Source of the DNA: Octopus sinensis
Taxonomy: Eukaryota
Length of the DNA stretch: 64,000 bases
Direction: 5' to 3'
Assembly (NCBI RefSeq): GCF_006345805.1
Contig: NC_043003.1
Location: 112,406,001-112,470,000, forward strand
The notes beneath the pieces are model-generated. The model had not been told where the DNA came from and did not search any database. It saw nothing but the letters and a program-made list of their open reading frames with translations. Within the stretch, counting starts at the first letter, position 1. Each line of letters begins with the position of its first letter. Position numbers and translations under genes: made by a program. Shown here piece by piece: positions 1-14,010 of this stretch.

Positions 1-2060
1 AGTACTGGGCTCGATGGTAGCGAATAACCCTTTGCTCTATAAGGAAGGAGTCGAACATGAAAAATTCTTAGAGCGTCAGGAAATGCTCTGTGATTTTAGT
101 CCCGGCCGTTTGCATTTTGAATCTATCTCCCCCGAATGTAAACTATGCATTTCACTCGCCTTGAGTCGATAAAATAAAATAGTGACAAGTTTTGATTTTT
201 AATTAATTGTATTGACTAACCCCTTCTGCTTAAAGTATCTGTCCTCGTTCCTTAAATGAAACACCGATTTATAAATTCATGAGTATTTCTTAAAAAGGAG
301 CACATAAAATGTCAGTAAGTAAAAGGCACTTTCTCTGTTACCGCGATTATTCGAGTTAGTCGATCGACTGAGCAATCTAAAAGTAGTACTATAGTGTAAG
401 TGGCTGAGTATTCTACAGACACGTGTGCCCTTAATGTAATTCTGAATTAGAAACAAAGTAAAAAGTTGTTACTTCAAAATAAAATATAATTCATTCAAAG
501 GGTTCCTACTTGATTTCTCTCAAACCTATATTTGTCAGAATGTTCGCGCCATCCCCAGACTGACAGAACGTACTTCTCTAACTGCCCCAGCCGCAGAATT
601 GAACACAGGACCTCGTATTTAGACATTCAGCATTTTGAAGCCATTGCCCCACACAAATGCATATATACATGCTTGTGTACACACACGTACACACGAAAAT
701 ATCCATACACATTAAAATATTTTTGACAAAGTGAAGGCAACATTTGGTGGTAACATATTTCTAGATTCTCGAAGTGATGGGTTTGGGGACACATACATTA
801 ATGTCGTTAATCACGTGTAGGTGGGAAAGCGCAAAGGGTTTGTGTAAACCTTCCAAGAGCAATGAGATTGATGTCGATAACGTTCCTCATAAACTGTTTA
901 CAAAACGATACCTGCAATTTACAATATGCACTTGGAGGGGTTTTCGCGGGCCGAGGGGCAGGAAAAGAATGACTGAGCGTAGGGAATAGGGCATTCAGGG
1001 GCACTGGCATGAGACCAACTAGATCCGAGGAAGAGGAGCCGTTTTAGTTGGGTAGAAAAAATCAAAACGAAGAAACAGCAAGCCAGTACACCAGAGGCCT
1101 TAATGAGTCTTTGAATGATATTACCTAAGCCAACCGGACGAATGACCGGTTTTAGATACACTAACTTTTCTGTGTATACAGTAGTAGGACCCTCCTAGGT
1201 AGGGAACGGAATGCCATTGCAGACTTCAAAGGAATTTTGAAAAGAGGTTCTAGTTATTGGAGGCTGAAGTGTTTTCTGGTGGTGAAGAGGAACATCAGTC
1301 GATGAGAAATAGACTCTGCTGTGTGATGTACGTTCTTCTGTGATAGTGAGGCATAGCATTCAAGGAGGCATAACTTTCAAAGTGATCGCTAGAATTTATT
1401 TGTGTTCTGCAACTATTAAAGGCGAGTAAATTGTTTAGGCGTTTTCTTCCTCATTCAGTGATTGTCGTTTTTACTGTTCAAGTAGACAAAATAAGCATAA
1501 TTCACTGGGGTATGACTTCATATCTTCGAATTTGCACATACATTGATTAGTTAAGAGGATTGTAGAAAATTAAGGAGAAATGGAGAGAAATATGTGCCTA
1601 ATCGCATGTCTTTTTTAGAGATGGTGAAAGTTAATTGATTTAAGAGGAGAAAGTTGTGTCGGCAAAAGCTGCAACTTGTGACGTATGAGAGCTTTAGCGT
1701 GTGGATTAGAAAACGCCCATCAGAATGTTCCTTCTCTTGATTGCTTAAGCTGACTAGTACACAGATACGACGGAAGAAAGTCGGAACAAGTCTATTATAG
1801 GTGGTTTGTTGTTATTGTTGATTTCTGTGTGAATCATTGAACGAAAACATACTTTCCATCGAGGTCAGCGACAATTCATTCTCCAATGTCTACCTAGGGA
1901 TAGCCTACCGATGAGTGCATAGAATAGTTATGAATGGTGATTATTGTGGGAAAAAGAGATTCGATATGTTAGAGAATTTCGTTGTCAATGATAACCCGCC
2001 AATGATATTTTGCTATGTATAGGAACATGCTTAAGAGGACGGTATCAGTTACCCGTCCAA

Positions 2061-2293
2061 AGGCGGCGAGCTGGCAGAAACGTTAGCACGTCGGGCAAAA
2101 TGCTTAGCGGTATTTCGGCTGCCGCTACGTTCTGAGTTCAAATTCCACCGAGGTCGACTTTGCCTTTCATCCTTTCGGGGTCGATAAATTAAGTACCAGT
2201 TACGCACTGGGGTCGATGTAATTGACTTAATACCTATGTCTGTCCTTGTTTATCCTCTCTATGTTTAGCCCCATGTGGGTAATAAAGAAATAT
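2061..2293 (+). mobile_element. tRNA-derived SINE, tail type A (..TGTGGGTAATAAAGAAATA), full length with 19-bp TSD
   Basis: Head AAGGCGGCGAGCTGGCAGAAACGTTAGCAC, B-box-like GAGTTCAAATTCC and body shared with copies at 23737, 32555, 43838 and 55467. TSD GTATCAGTTACCCGTCCAA (2042-2060) vs GTGTCAGTTACCCGTCCAA (2294-2312). Confidence 0.9.
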
Positions 2294-2345
2294 GTGTCAG
2301 TTACCCGTCCAACTGTATCTGATGGATCAGATACACCGAACATGC

Positions 2346-2402
2346 ATACATACATACATACATACATACATACATACATACATACATACATACATACATA
2401 CA
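2346..2402. repeat. (TACA)n microsatellite
   Basis: Direct reading. Confidence 0.95.
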
Positions 2403-4899
2403 TGTGCGCAAGCGCCGTAAATCAGTAGGCACAGCTATTGAAACTGAAAGGAATCGAATCACAAGATGTGCCGACTTTTTGAGACCTGTGCAACTTTAAT
2501 ATAGTTGACGATATTCTGCTGTTCCTAATGTTTGTAGGATTCTTTAGATCCAAAGTGTCATATTGATTGAAAAGTATTCAGTGGAGTGACCAGTCCACTT
2601 AAACTGTTGGAATCCGTTTTCGTGGACTCCCTGCGTATCATTACAAACGTCCAGCTAATAATCACGGTAACTTTATCCAAAAGATAAACTGTTCTACTTA
2701 TGCAATTTATGTAGTGTACCCGATTATAGGAGAAGTAAACTGGTCGATCATTTTGAAATTAACGTTAGGGGTTACTCTTGAGGTTTTATAGGATCAGTTA
2801 CAAGTTGAAATGCTGCGTAAACGAAAACGACTGACCATAAGGGTTCAAAGATTTTTATTCCTTTTTTGGAGTCATAGAAAATATTGGAACGGTTGGAAGT
2901 CCGCAGAACAGAAGCGAAATTTGCGAAGGATAGAATACAGAAATTTGTGAGTATCATGATGGAATGAGAAGAGACGAGAAACCAGACTGTGTGGTTTATA
3001 TGTGGAGTGAGTTCAGCTGTGCCCTTGACGTATTGGGCTCAGTGGAAGGCAAAGTCAGTAACATATTTTGGGTTACCGTGTAATAGGAAAACATGGTTTA
3101 TTTTCTCCAATTTTAGGATGCTTGCTCCTGAGGTGGCGAAGAAGAGGTTGACAATTGTAGGGAAGATTTATTTTGAGTAGGACATGAGGAAGAAAATCGA
3201 GTTAGTGAGCTTCTGTAGGTTTGTAATTGATCAATGTGAAGAGGAGGAGATTGCTGATAAAAACAGAGAAGTGAAGGAAAAAATAGTGCCAACAAAACAA
3301 TTAAGAGTTCTGAAGAGATGAAAACTATTGAGGAAGGATATGAGAAAATTGGTTTCTCTCTTGTGTGTGAGATGGCTCCAAATCCATCATTAGCGCAATG
3401 GCCGTATACATCAATGAGTGTCCAAGTAAACTGTGCGAAAATGGAAGGGCATCAATATGACGGATGAATATGTGAGCGTATTGGACAGTATTTTTGTATC
3501 GGTGAAAACTGCTCTCAAGTATCGGGAGGAATGTTAGCTTCAAAAGTGACGGCTCTCAAAATTGAATTTGAGAGTGAAGAGAGTTCTTCGGTTCTACGGC
3601 CATGAGGAAAGGGATTTCACCTAAATAATCTGCTGGTCTAGTGCCGACAAAACAAGTACGAGTAATATATTGCAGTTGATTTAATGTATTGTGATATTTT
3701 AGGAATTAGTTAAGAGACAAACGGCCATTAAATGTTCTATCAAACACCTCAGACTTATGAAATCGAAATATTTGCAGATTGACATCTCCAAGAAACTTTC
3801 GAACGAGGTGAAAACGAAAGATCTGATTTCACTGCTTTTTAAAGTTAACTCGAGTAAAGGCGTCTAAAGACATTTTCATATTGTTTGTTTGCTGTGTTAT
3901 ACACACCATCACACACGCTGTCCCTATAAAACATGATTTTCGTCTAGTTGTCGGAAATACGATATGCATTAACGCATAAATTAGTAGATGTTGATGGAAC
4001 TGCCAAGTTTGTTTAGTGCTGCATTGTGACCGACACAAAAGAATTTAGTAAAGCACTTGCTGCAGTATTTTTAACAGAAATTTTGACACTTTTCAAATTT
4101 TGCTTAAAAAGCAAATTTGATACGCTACAAGCTAACTGACGTACTAATTACTCTGCCACATCTTGTACAAATAATTATCCATTGATTAGGCCAGCCAGGC
4201 GGATTTTTTTATAATATTCCATCGATATTTTGTATTGTTTTAAGACAGGCATCTTTTATTATATTTATTCTCGATTAACATTTGATTCCAGAAAATTACG
4301 AAGCATAAAATTACGTTGTAGAAATTTGACTGTGTATTGATTCCGAACGAAACTTCATTTCAGTTTAAATTTTAAAACAATTAACCAGTGGACAATATTC
4401 TGTACGCATTATAAACAAAGTTATTATTTCACATCGCTCTTTCATGTTTTCTCAGATACTTTTAAATATGCTATCAACATATGATGATATTTATTCAATA
4501 TTTTTTCCGCTTCATTCACATCCCAAAAATTTCTAAACGAATCAATACTGACAGGATATCATTTGATACTGGAACAGAGTAATAAATGTTATAATATGGG
4601 AAATGAAAGGGAATAACGTTTTGGGGAATATATTAATGAGAGATCAGTGTTTAATAATGTTGTGGATTAGACTGGGAGTGCTAAGGTCGAAAAGTAATGG
4701 ATGTTAGATAAGGGAGAAAGAAAGCAAGGTAGTAAGGCGATTGTAGTGTTAGTGGTTAAAGTTACGAGAAAATTTCAGCAGATTTGAAAAAATGCTGAAA
4801 CATCTAAGTGTAGTGGAAATTTATAGAGCCACGATGGATCTTAATATAGTATAATAATATATATAGTACGGATCTGAATATAGTATAATAATAAAAGAA

Positions 4900-5450
4900 A
4901 CTTGGTGTCACTAGATTACATCTTAGTTCTTGTTGACGGATAAGTTTCAGTTAAAATATAGTTGTAGGTTTTTGCAGAGACAATCGACACACTTCTTTGA
5001 AAATATTCCATTTCATACTTGGTTCTTCCAGATAAAGTAGGACTATTTTCATTGTCCCAGCGCCTGAAAGTGTGAGTAGTTAGCGTAAAACTTATTGCTT
5101 GTTTAGCGTAAATGTTACTGGCAATAAATTCCGCGTATTCACTTAGGACAGAACCCGTTGGAATGAAAATCTTCTGGATATGTCAGCCCTTTGAATAGTC
5201 AAAAGCCTTTCACTGAAACAAGTCTAAATTTCGAGAATTGCACATAGATCAATATTGTGTTGGTGTAAGTGATTTTGCTACCGTGTGTGACATGGCAAGT
5301 ATATTGTTTATGTAAATAAAACTCATCATAACATTATGCCGCAAAAATGTTTATGTTTCTGCGTGTTCGAATGCGTGACCTAATTATGAATAAAGTTTCG
5401 AGAAACATCGAGGACGACCTGTGGTTTAAGCCAGGATTTTTTTACTTATT
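4900..5450 (-). mobile_element. Very decayed Penelope-like RT fragment
   Basis: Minus-strand pieces FIYINNILA (cf. RYIDDIF) and NIYAKQA (cf. DIYxKPT) occur in the expected order; weak similarity. Confidence 0.35.
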
Positions 5451-5711
5451 TTTCTTGGAAAGTGATGGTGAGTGAAGAACCTTTTCCCATAACGTTTCAT
5501 TATACTGGAAGTTTTCTAAGTTCCTATTTGAAGATGGTGTTGTGTAAAATATGTTTGAATGATTTATAATTTCGTGTTTGGGTCTCTGTAGGGATGAGAT
5601 TTCGATTTCTGGAAGTCTAGATAAATGCTCTAGAAGTTTTTAATTACTGTTAGATTGCTAGTGATAGTTATATTTAAAACAAAATTATCGAAGGTTCCTA
5701 TTTAGTTAAAA

Positions 5712-5760
5712 GGGGATAAAGACACCCTTTGGTCACGATTGACCATGGATTACACCTAAA
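5712..5760 (-). mobile_element. 3' tail fragment of the SINE family found at 47049-47693
   Basis: GGGGATAAAGACACCCTTTGGTCACGATTGACCATGGATTACACCTA resembles GGGTAAAGACCCCCTTCGGTCATGAATGACCATGGGATTGCACCTA at ~47050. Confidence 0.55.
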
Positions 5761-6804
5761 TTTAAATTCGTAAAACATTACCCGAGAGACTAAAATATGC
5801 CAATACACTCTGGAATGACTACAGTTGTCATCTGTTTTTAGCTTTGACATTACATAACATGTTGAACTATTTAACCTTCCTATTATCTACCTAGTTTGTG
5901 TAATTAGGACTGTTTCTCCGCTGTTTAGTATTTAGACATTTTGGAGCAATCAGAGCCTTATGACCAAACACTTCCCAGGTAATAGCAACGACCGCTTCGG
6001 GGATATGAATTATTGTGCAACGTATCTTTTTCACTTGTTCAAACGTTGAAGTCTAATTTCAGAGAGACTTGCTGCTATTTCATGTAAAAGTGAAACCAAG
6101 TGAAGGCTTATTCGCTGTAACATTAATATAAGTTGATTCGAAAGTGTAAATCAAGGGACGTTTCCAAGTAATTGGGTTTAATTTTGAGAGGGGTTGTGAA
6201 GACACTTTGTCTATTCGTGGCATATTGCTGCTATACCAGAAGGAAAGGTCGAACGTGTTCAGTTTAAAAATCAATTAACCATTATAATTTGAACGAAAAT
6301 AAATTATTAATTCTTTATTTTAGTTCTAATTTAAGATGTAAATTACAGAAAGATTATATTTTGCATACAGAGGCTGTTAGTTCTTCAAAAGTTATCGGAC
6401 AGACATTGACGTAACTATGGATTTTAAATGAGAAATGTCTAGTCGTCTGATGATCTATTAAATGTTCATTACATTTTCGTCTTGTCTACAATGATTTATT
6501 TTATATTTCTGTATAATCTAATTATCATTGTTAATTAATAACATTTCCTGGCGACCATATACACCACTCTGATGAAAATAAAGTGTCTGTTGCTAAATTT
6601 GTTAAACGTTAAATTAGTGGTCCATAACGTGTTCAATGTACCAGCTAGAAATAACAGCTAATTTCTTCAAAATATTTCCTATTGTCTCAACAACAAAAGA
6701 ACAGTAAACCATCGCCTTTGTGTATAGGTCTGCTAGGGCAAGGTCGGCTTGGAACTAAACAAACAACCAACTTCTCTACCTTTAGTACATGCATGCATAT
6801 ACAC

Positions 6805-7030
6805 ACACGCTTACTCACACACGTATGTATGTATATATGTATGTACGTATGTATGTATGTGGGTATGTACGTATGTATGTGCGTGTATATATATATATAT
6901 ATAGTTAGACAGATATATAGGTATATACACGTATGTACGTAATTATATCTGTATATGTATATATCATATTATGTATGTATGTATGTATGTGTGTGTGTGT
7001 GTGTGTGTATTCCTGCATCTGTGTGTGTGC
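6805..7030. repeat. Compound (TATG)n/(TA)n/(TG)n microsatellite
   Basis: Direct reading; accounts for ORFs 6682..6942 and 6955..7332. Confidence 0.9.
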
Positions 7031-7269
7031 CTATGTGTCCATGTGCATATGAATCTTATGTATGTTATTCAGTTTTATTGCAACATTTATTGCCAACAGA
7101 GAAAGTGCTGGCTTCTAACCTCGAACCAAGGGTCCTTCATTGGAATTTGAACAATATCAACACGCTATTTTTGTACATATGTATGTATACACGAAGAATC
7201 GTATGCTTTGTTTTATGTATATATTCTCATGCATATACTTGCATATGTAGAAATGAGCATATACACATC

Positions 7270-7565
7270 AATGATAGACTTCTAGCAAGTTTTTCAGATT
7301 TGTACACTTCCAGTGATGGATTGGAGCTGTAGTATTCGAATCAATTTCCTACTTTCTGATTTTGAGAAGACTAATTGTTATTTAGATTGATATTTAGGCT
7401 GTGTGTTACATATCCCAGTACCCCAATAATTACAGGTATAAACCAGAACTTGTAATCTGGATGGAGCAACTGCAAATTTCTCAGTAGTTCAGCGTAGGTG
7501 TCTTCTTTTTCCCTCATCTTCAACTTTATGCTGACATCCGCTTCGAAACTGAATTCAACAAGTGT
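7270..7565 (-). mobile_element. 3' end of R4/NeSL-type non-LTR element (restriction-like endonuclease C-terminus)
   Basis: Minus frame LVEFSFEADVSIKLKMREKEDTYAELLRNLQLLHPDYKFWFIPVIIGVLGYV matches the E..K..KY..L...PIIIGALG pattern of RLE LINEs. Confidence 0.7.
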
Positions 7566-8184
7566 ACAGTTTTTTTTTTTCAGTTATGTATGTATGTATA
7601 TAATATGTATATGCATGTATATATATATATATAAGTATGTATGTATGTTTGTATGTGTGTATGTATAATCATTACAATGTTTATGTATTCATGTATTAAA
7701 TTTATGTGCGTGCGTGTGGGCGTGTATGTGTATGTGTATCGGGGAGTGAGGACCAAACAAAATTGCTCGTGTAAACTGACTGCTCTTATGATAGCATTGT
7801 TATTAGTTGCAGAAATAAAAATAGTATTTAGAAATATCAGGACACAATAGCATTGAAAAATTGTGCTTTTTTAATGGGGTTTTTACGCAGCCCGAACCTG
7901 ACATGATGGGAGAAAATGGAGAGCATTTTTTTTATTCAGCACCCTAAAATTAGCAAAGAAAAATTGTATTGACCAGTATAATTAGAGCATCTGAATTGCA
8001 TCTTCTAACTGTCAGAACGCAGTATTGCCATTCTGCCTTTAAGTGATTGATAACGTAATAACATGAAGACAACTCAGTCCAAAGTCTAAAACTATTGACG
8101 AGAATAAGTGAATTACGCACACATACATACAGAAACATATATATGTGTGTGAGTGTGTGTGTGTGTATGTGTGTGTGTGTGTAT

Positions 8185-8600
8185 ACGTATACAAAAAGCA
8201 AAAGAGGAAGACAGGTGGTGTAAACAACAAACAAATATCTTAGTTTAATGATCGGGAAGTGAAAAAGACTTTAACGTTTCGAGCCTACGCGCTCTCAACA
8301 GAAAGAAACACAGAAAGAAACAAGGAGAGAAAATAAGGAATGTGTAGTGGCTAGCGATCTATCATGGCGAATGCTGGACAGAGGGGTCACACAGGAGAGC
8401 TAGGAAGAAGGTGAGATGATAAAGTAGTGGTGATCCTAAAACGTAGGTCTGCGTGCATGTGTATACGAAAGCATGTATGTGCGTGTGGGAGAAGGATGGT
8501 GACGTTGACGTGTGCGTGTGTGCATGTGTAGGTGTGTGGAGTGATGTGGTAGTGTTGGGATGTGGGTGAGACGAGAGTAGGGAAAGCAAGGGTGGGGTGT
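8185..8600 (-). mobile_element. Penelope pseudo-LTR family A, copy 1
   Basis: Clearly homologous to 12140-12500 and 57690-57890; contains a hammerhead-like core; abuts (TG)/(TA) repeats. Confidence 0.65.
8269..8305 (-). ncRNA. Minimal type I hammerhead-like motif (variant core CUGUUGA)
   Basis: Minus strand reads CUUU-CUGUUGA-GAGC-GCGUAG-GCUC-GAAAC-GUU-AAAG; stems I (CUUU/AAAG) and II (GAGC/GCUC) pair. Confidence 0.45.
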
Positions 8601-8632
8601 ATGTATATATAAACACGTTTATGCATATATAC

Positions 8633-8685
<53 letters not shown>

Positions 8686-9199
8686 ATAAATAGATGAGTG
8701 TACTTTTACCTTGTAACAATTGACACGGAAAAAAAAATAAATATTTACCAGGGTAGCAAAAATCTCACAAGTAAAAGGGTTGTAACTCATTTTTTATAAA
8801 GGTAGAAACTTCGTATTTACGTGGAATATTTTTAATATACATATATATATATTGCGTGAATATGTATTTATTTGCGTGGGTGGCATCCACTAAGTAAATG
8901 CAAATATACTTACAATATTAAGCAACATTAATATTCATGTATTTTACTATTATCTAAATTTTAATTCTGGTCACAACTCCAATCATATTTCCACAACGTT
9001 TCGATGATACTTTCATACATGCGCGAAACACTGCTCTGATATCTGACAAATCCCGAAGCCAAGTATAAGGTTTTAGATGGAAATATATTCATGGAACTTT
9101 GAATGTGTCTATACAAATAAAATCAAATAATCTGCAACAACAGCTAAGGGATTGGATTCTCTCCCACACACTCGCTTTCTTTTAGTGTATTTTCCCGAC

Positions 9200-9240
9200 T
9201 TCCATATATATATACGGATACGTGTATATATATTCATATG

Positions 9241-9313
<73 letters not shown>

Positions 9314-9350
9314 GTATGTATATATATATATATGTGTGTGTGTGTGTATG

Positions 9351-9404
<54 letters not shown>

Positions 9405-9450
9405 CATATATAGATTGATAGATAGATAGATAAGTAGATATAGATATATA
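9200..9450. repeat. (TA)n/(TG)n/(GATA)n compound microsatellite
   Basis: Direct reading. Confidence 0.9.
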
Positions 9451-10439
9451 CTCATACATATCTCGTGTTCTTTCCTATACTCTCTCTTCATTCATATTCT
9501 TCAATTTATACTTTATAACCCTTTACTTCAAAAACTTCTTTCAACAATCTAAAATCATTGGCATTTACATAATCCGTTAAACTTACAGAAATTAGACACA
9601 AGTTTCCTCTATGGACCTAGTGTCAAAAATATGAATATACTGTTTAAAACAGCCCGGTAATCCCTGAAGTCAAATACACTCCAAGAAAAGATAACCATAG
9701 ACGCAAACTTATTCATTACATATGCAAAACGCAATCAAACTTTTCCCTGTTTAAAGAAATTATTTGGTAAGAAATATAGAAGCAAGAAAATGTTTCGTAG
9801 TGGTAGTTGAAAATGTTGATAAATTTGCCCGAGCAACGCTTCAGAATAGGATACTGTACTGATGCCACACAAGGGTTTTCCATAATTTCTTTCTAAATAT
9901 ATATGATTTATAGTAATAAAAATTCTTACTTTTAGTGTTATTACACATGTCTCCGTGGCGTTTTTATTTAGAACATGTAACATTGTGTAATGTCTTTCAC
10001 TTTATGTTACATACTGTACTCGTGTTATAACGAAAAACGCTACGAAACATGTGTAGTTGTACCTTATATAGCCAATTGTTTTTATTCTTATTACTAGAAA
10101 CCATACCGTGCCAAATATGATGTGATCGATAGACTAAATATATATATATACAGATTTATGAATAAATACACACAATTACAGAATATGTTCAGTTACAAAA
10201 ATACTGTAAAAATTCTGACACCAAAACATGCGATAAACATATGAAACTTCCCAACCAGATTCACGTATATTTACATATGAACTATCAAGCGCATGTTAAT
10301 GCAGATATATGTATTTATCTGTATATCCGAAGAAAATTCGATTCGAATAAAATTTCACCCAGATTTGAGGCAAAGGAGATGATAATTCAACAGTTGTTCT
10401 CCCTGATATTCTTTCCTTTACCTTAAATCTTCCATTAGT

Positions 10440-11890
10440 CTTTCGTGATCTTATGTGAGTTCATCGTCTTTAATATCAAGATGGAGGCGAATACCGATGT
10501 TCGGTGTGGTGGACCTGATAATTATTCTGGGATTTCTATCTTAGCATGAAACCAATGTTAGCCATAACCCATAAAATATTTTATTCGCCAATGGTCTCTA
10601 AATACCCGATCCACCGGAAATCAGCCATCGCGGACAATGCCAAATTCAATATATTGATGGCAGACTTCATCAGAGTAATGAGAAATGTGCCCCGCGTGTG
10701 CGACCCTACAGAGTTAAAACGGTACATACAACACTTCGTTCACCGAATGCAGTTCTCTGGATACAGCCATAGAGAAAGGAAAGAGTATATAAAGGAGCCT
10801 TGAGGAAATTTGAGACTATCATACATAACGATAGGAATTGGATTTGCTCATTCTATAGGAGCAAATTATGGAATACCATTGAAAAGACTAAGAAGAAAAT
10901 ACGGAAGGCCAACTCATGGTATGGTAACCACAAATACCAGAGACTCATGTTCGTCGACACCACTCCTAGAGGCGAACTGGCGTACCGCTTTAGAAGGACC
11001 CTAGAAAAGCTTAAGCGAAGAATTAAAGTTGTAGAAAGGCCACGTAGTCCTATAAAATCCCTTATTGGTAGAACCTACACTTTTAATAGAACCCCATGCA
11101 CTCATAGGAACTGTGATGTATGTAGATTTAGCCCACAAGCTAACTGTAAAGCTAAGAATGTAGTCTATAGAATAAGATGTACAAAGGGACGGGGTAGAAA
11201 CAAAACAATGATGTACGTAGGGGAGACAGCACGGAGCATAGGAAAGCGGGTAAATGGGCATTGGAGGGAACTTCAGGAAGAGAAGAGCTCATCGGTTCTA
11301 TACCAGCACACCGAACGGGAACACGGAACTCAACAACATAGAAGTTAAAATCATGTCCACACATAGAACAGACGCAACACTTAGACAAATTACGGAAGTT
11401 ACACATATAATAGAAGATAAACCTATCCTAAATATAAACTAGAATTGAACACTTGCACATACCTCTGCATATCACAAACTTATGACAGAATAAGATTCCC
11501 GTAAACTAATAATATGAAACTAATACAATGGATAAATAAATAAATAAAATTAAATCATTAATTACAGAAACCAAATATGGTAAATTAAATTAATACAAAA
11601 CAAGAAGAAATGAAAAAGTAAGTAGCAAAAAACAAATAAATAAAATTTAATTAAACAAACGTGACTAAACAGGCAATGCAGATAATGCAGGAACCGAACA
11701 CATTCCCCACCACACACACACTAAACATAGACATACAAAAGGATATACGCATGGGCAAATGTTGGGAAGGAGAGACACGAAGAAGAAAACAAAGAACCAC
11801 AGATGATGTCACAGAGGTGTGACGAAAGAACACTGGCCGACATTGAATTAATATGAAATAAAGCTGAAGCAAGTGAACACTAAACTTATA
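10440..11890 (+). mobile_element. 5'-truncated Penelope-like element (Neptune-like): RT thumb, GIY-YIG endonuclease and 3' pseudo-LTR
   Basis: ORF 10546..10803 (FYSPMVSKYPIHRKSA..MQFSGYS) and ORF 10800..11348 (CxxxxCxxC linker; NVVYRIRC..YVGETARSIGKRVNGH = GIY-YIG), continuing in 11254..11442 (DATLRQITE..KPILN); frameshifted. Confidence 0.85.
10546..11442 (+). pseudogene. Frameshifted PLE pol C-terminal half (RT thumb plus GIY-YIG)
   Basis: Three overlapping ORFs join into one PLE-like protein. Confidence 0.8.
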
Positions 11891-11904
11891 GTGTGTGTTT
11901 TCAT

Positions 11905-11970
11905 ATATATGTATATATATTATATATATATATATATATATACATACATATATATGTTTATATATATTAT

Positions 11971-12034
<64 letters not shown>

Positions 12035-12038
12035 TATG

Positions 12039-12075
<37 letters not shown>

Positions 12076-12076
12076 T

Positions 12077-12125
<49 letters not shown>

Positions 12126-12135
12126 ATGTGTGTGT
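11905..12135. repeat. (TA)n microsatellite
   Basis: Direct reading. Confidence 0.95.
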
Positions 12136-12139
12136 ACAT

Positions 12140-12860
12140 ATATATGCAGGGGGAGAGTTCTCGAAAAGAACAAAAGGCGAAGACTGGTGCTGTAGAAAAC
12201 AAAGAGATGTATTAGCATAATGCTCGGGAAGTGAAAAAGTATTTTCGAGTCTACGTTCTTCCACAGAAAGGAACACTGAAAGAAACAAGGAGAGAAAATA
12301 AAGAATGTGTAGTGACTAGCGATTTATCATGGCGAATGCCGGACAGAGGGGTCACACAGGACAGCTAGGAAGAAGGGGAGATAATAAAGTAGTGGTGATC
12401 TCAAAACGAAGGAGTGCTTGCGTATGTATGAGAAAGCATGTATGTGCGTGTGGAAGAGGGATGGTGACGTTGACGTGTACGTGTGTGCATGTGTAGGTGT
12501 GGGTTAGGCTGAGGGTGGGGCAGAGGGAGAGTATGTGGAATTGGGTGTATGAGATGAGGTCGGGGTGGGATGGTATCAATAGGGAAGATGGGGTTGGTTT
12601 GCGTAGGGTGCGTTAACGAGGGAAGGGTAACGATTAAGCGAGAGGGGAAGGGAAAAAGTAGGTAGGAGTGAAGAGAACAGAGGGTTGGAGTGAGGTGAAG
12701 AAGTAGGCCTCGCAGCAAGAGAGGAGAGGTGATTGGGAGGAAGTAGGTGTGACAGGAAGGGAGGAGAGGAGAGGAGGGCTAGATGAAGTTGGGAGGAGAG
12801 TAGCGTCCATGTGGCACAAAGGAGCGAGGAGAGAAGATAAATCCTTGTTTTATATATATA
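12140..12860 (-). mobile_element. Penelope pseudo-LTR family A, copy 2 (longer)
   Basis: Aligns with 8185-8600; degenerate core CUGUGGA-A-GAAC-GUAG-ACUC-GAAA at 12239-12271 (minus). Confidence 0.6.
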
Positions 12861-13339
12861 TATACCATACATGTATTACGGTATTTATAGTGTGAGATTT
12901 TCTCTGCATATAAGAGCGTGTGGTTATATACATATATTTATACATTCATATATACATAATATATATATATTATATATATATATAATATATATATAATATA
13001 TACATATACCTATATAATATATAAATAGATACGCGCACACATGCGTGTGTGTGTATGTTTATGTGTGTTGGTGTATGCGTGCGTATTTTCCTGCACTACT
13101 GATCAGCGACTTTTCAGAATCAAATTACCATTTTAACTTCGATGAATACTGACAGCGATAAGAAACTACTTGTTAATTCCGGTCTATCAGTGCAATCTTG
13201 TTTAAAATAGCTGTCTCTGCAAGAATCTCAAACCTTTACCAAATGCTTGGTAATCACAATGATTTTACCTTTTCCTTTATGCCTAGTCCCTACAACATAC
13301 TCTCCAATTTCGTATTATAATCTTTATTTACATCATGTA

Positions 13340-13795
13340 GGTACACACAAACATACACATGCATATATATGTATGTATGTAATGCCCATGTATATGTAAA
13401 CATGTATAGAGAAATGTGCGTGTATATATACATATATGTAGATATATATTAATATATATATATAGATATATATACTTATATATTATTTATATATATAGGA
13501 TAAACATATATACATACATATATGTGTATGTATACAAGCATGCATATATGGATGTATATATATAGATATACGTGTGCAGAATCTGTGACTATGTACGTGC
13601 GCGGGTATCTGTGAATATATTCACGTATGTGTGTATGGATGTACACGTTTGTATATATATATGTGCTTGTGTGAGTGTGTGTGTTTATATGCGTTTGTAC
13701 ATATATACACATGTATATATGTTTGTGTATGTATATATATACATATATATATGTTTTTGTCTATTTATATACATATATATACATATATACATATA

Positions 13796-13828
<33 letters not shown>

Positions 13829-13903
13829 CATATATATATATATATATTATATATACACACAATATATATATACATATATATATATATCTATACATACACA
13901 TAC

Positions 13904-13936
<33 letters not shown>

Positions 13937-13949
13937 ATATTAATATATA

Positions 13950-13986
<37 letters not shown>

Positions 13987-14010
13987 CAAATATATATACA
14001 ATATGCATGC
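13340..14010. repeat. Long compound (TA)n/(TG)n/(CA)n microsatellite region
   Basis: Direct reading; source of the Y/I-rich ORFs. Confidence 0.9.

Larger units (their letters stand above)
900..3600 (-). mobile_element. Heavily decayed Penelope-like retroelement (RT toward linker), interrupted by a SINE and (TACA)n
   Basis: Minus-strand frame fragments resemble PLE motifs: LLHGNPK/PLSPIRQ (cf. LYGLPKIHK..PLRPI) near 3050-3100, FCILSFANF (cf. FCIxDSFTF) near 2930, and DVPLHHQK (cf. KDVLPxHH) near 1280. Many stops and frameshifts. Confidence 0.5.
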
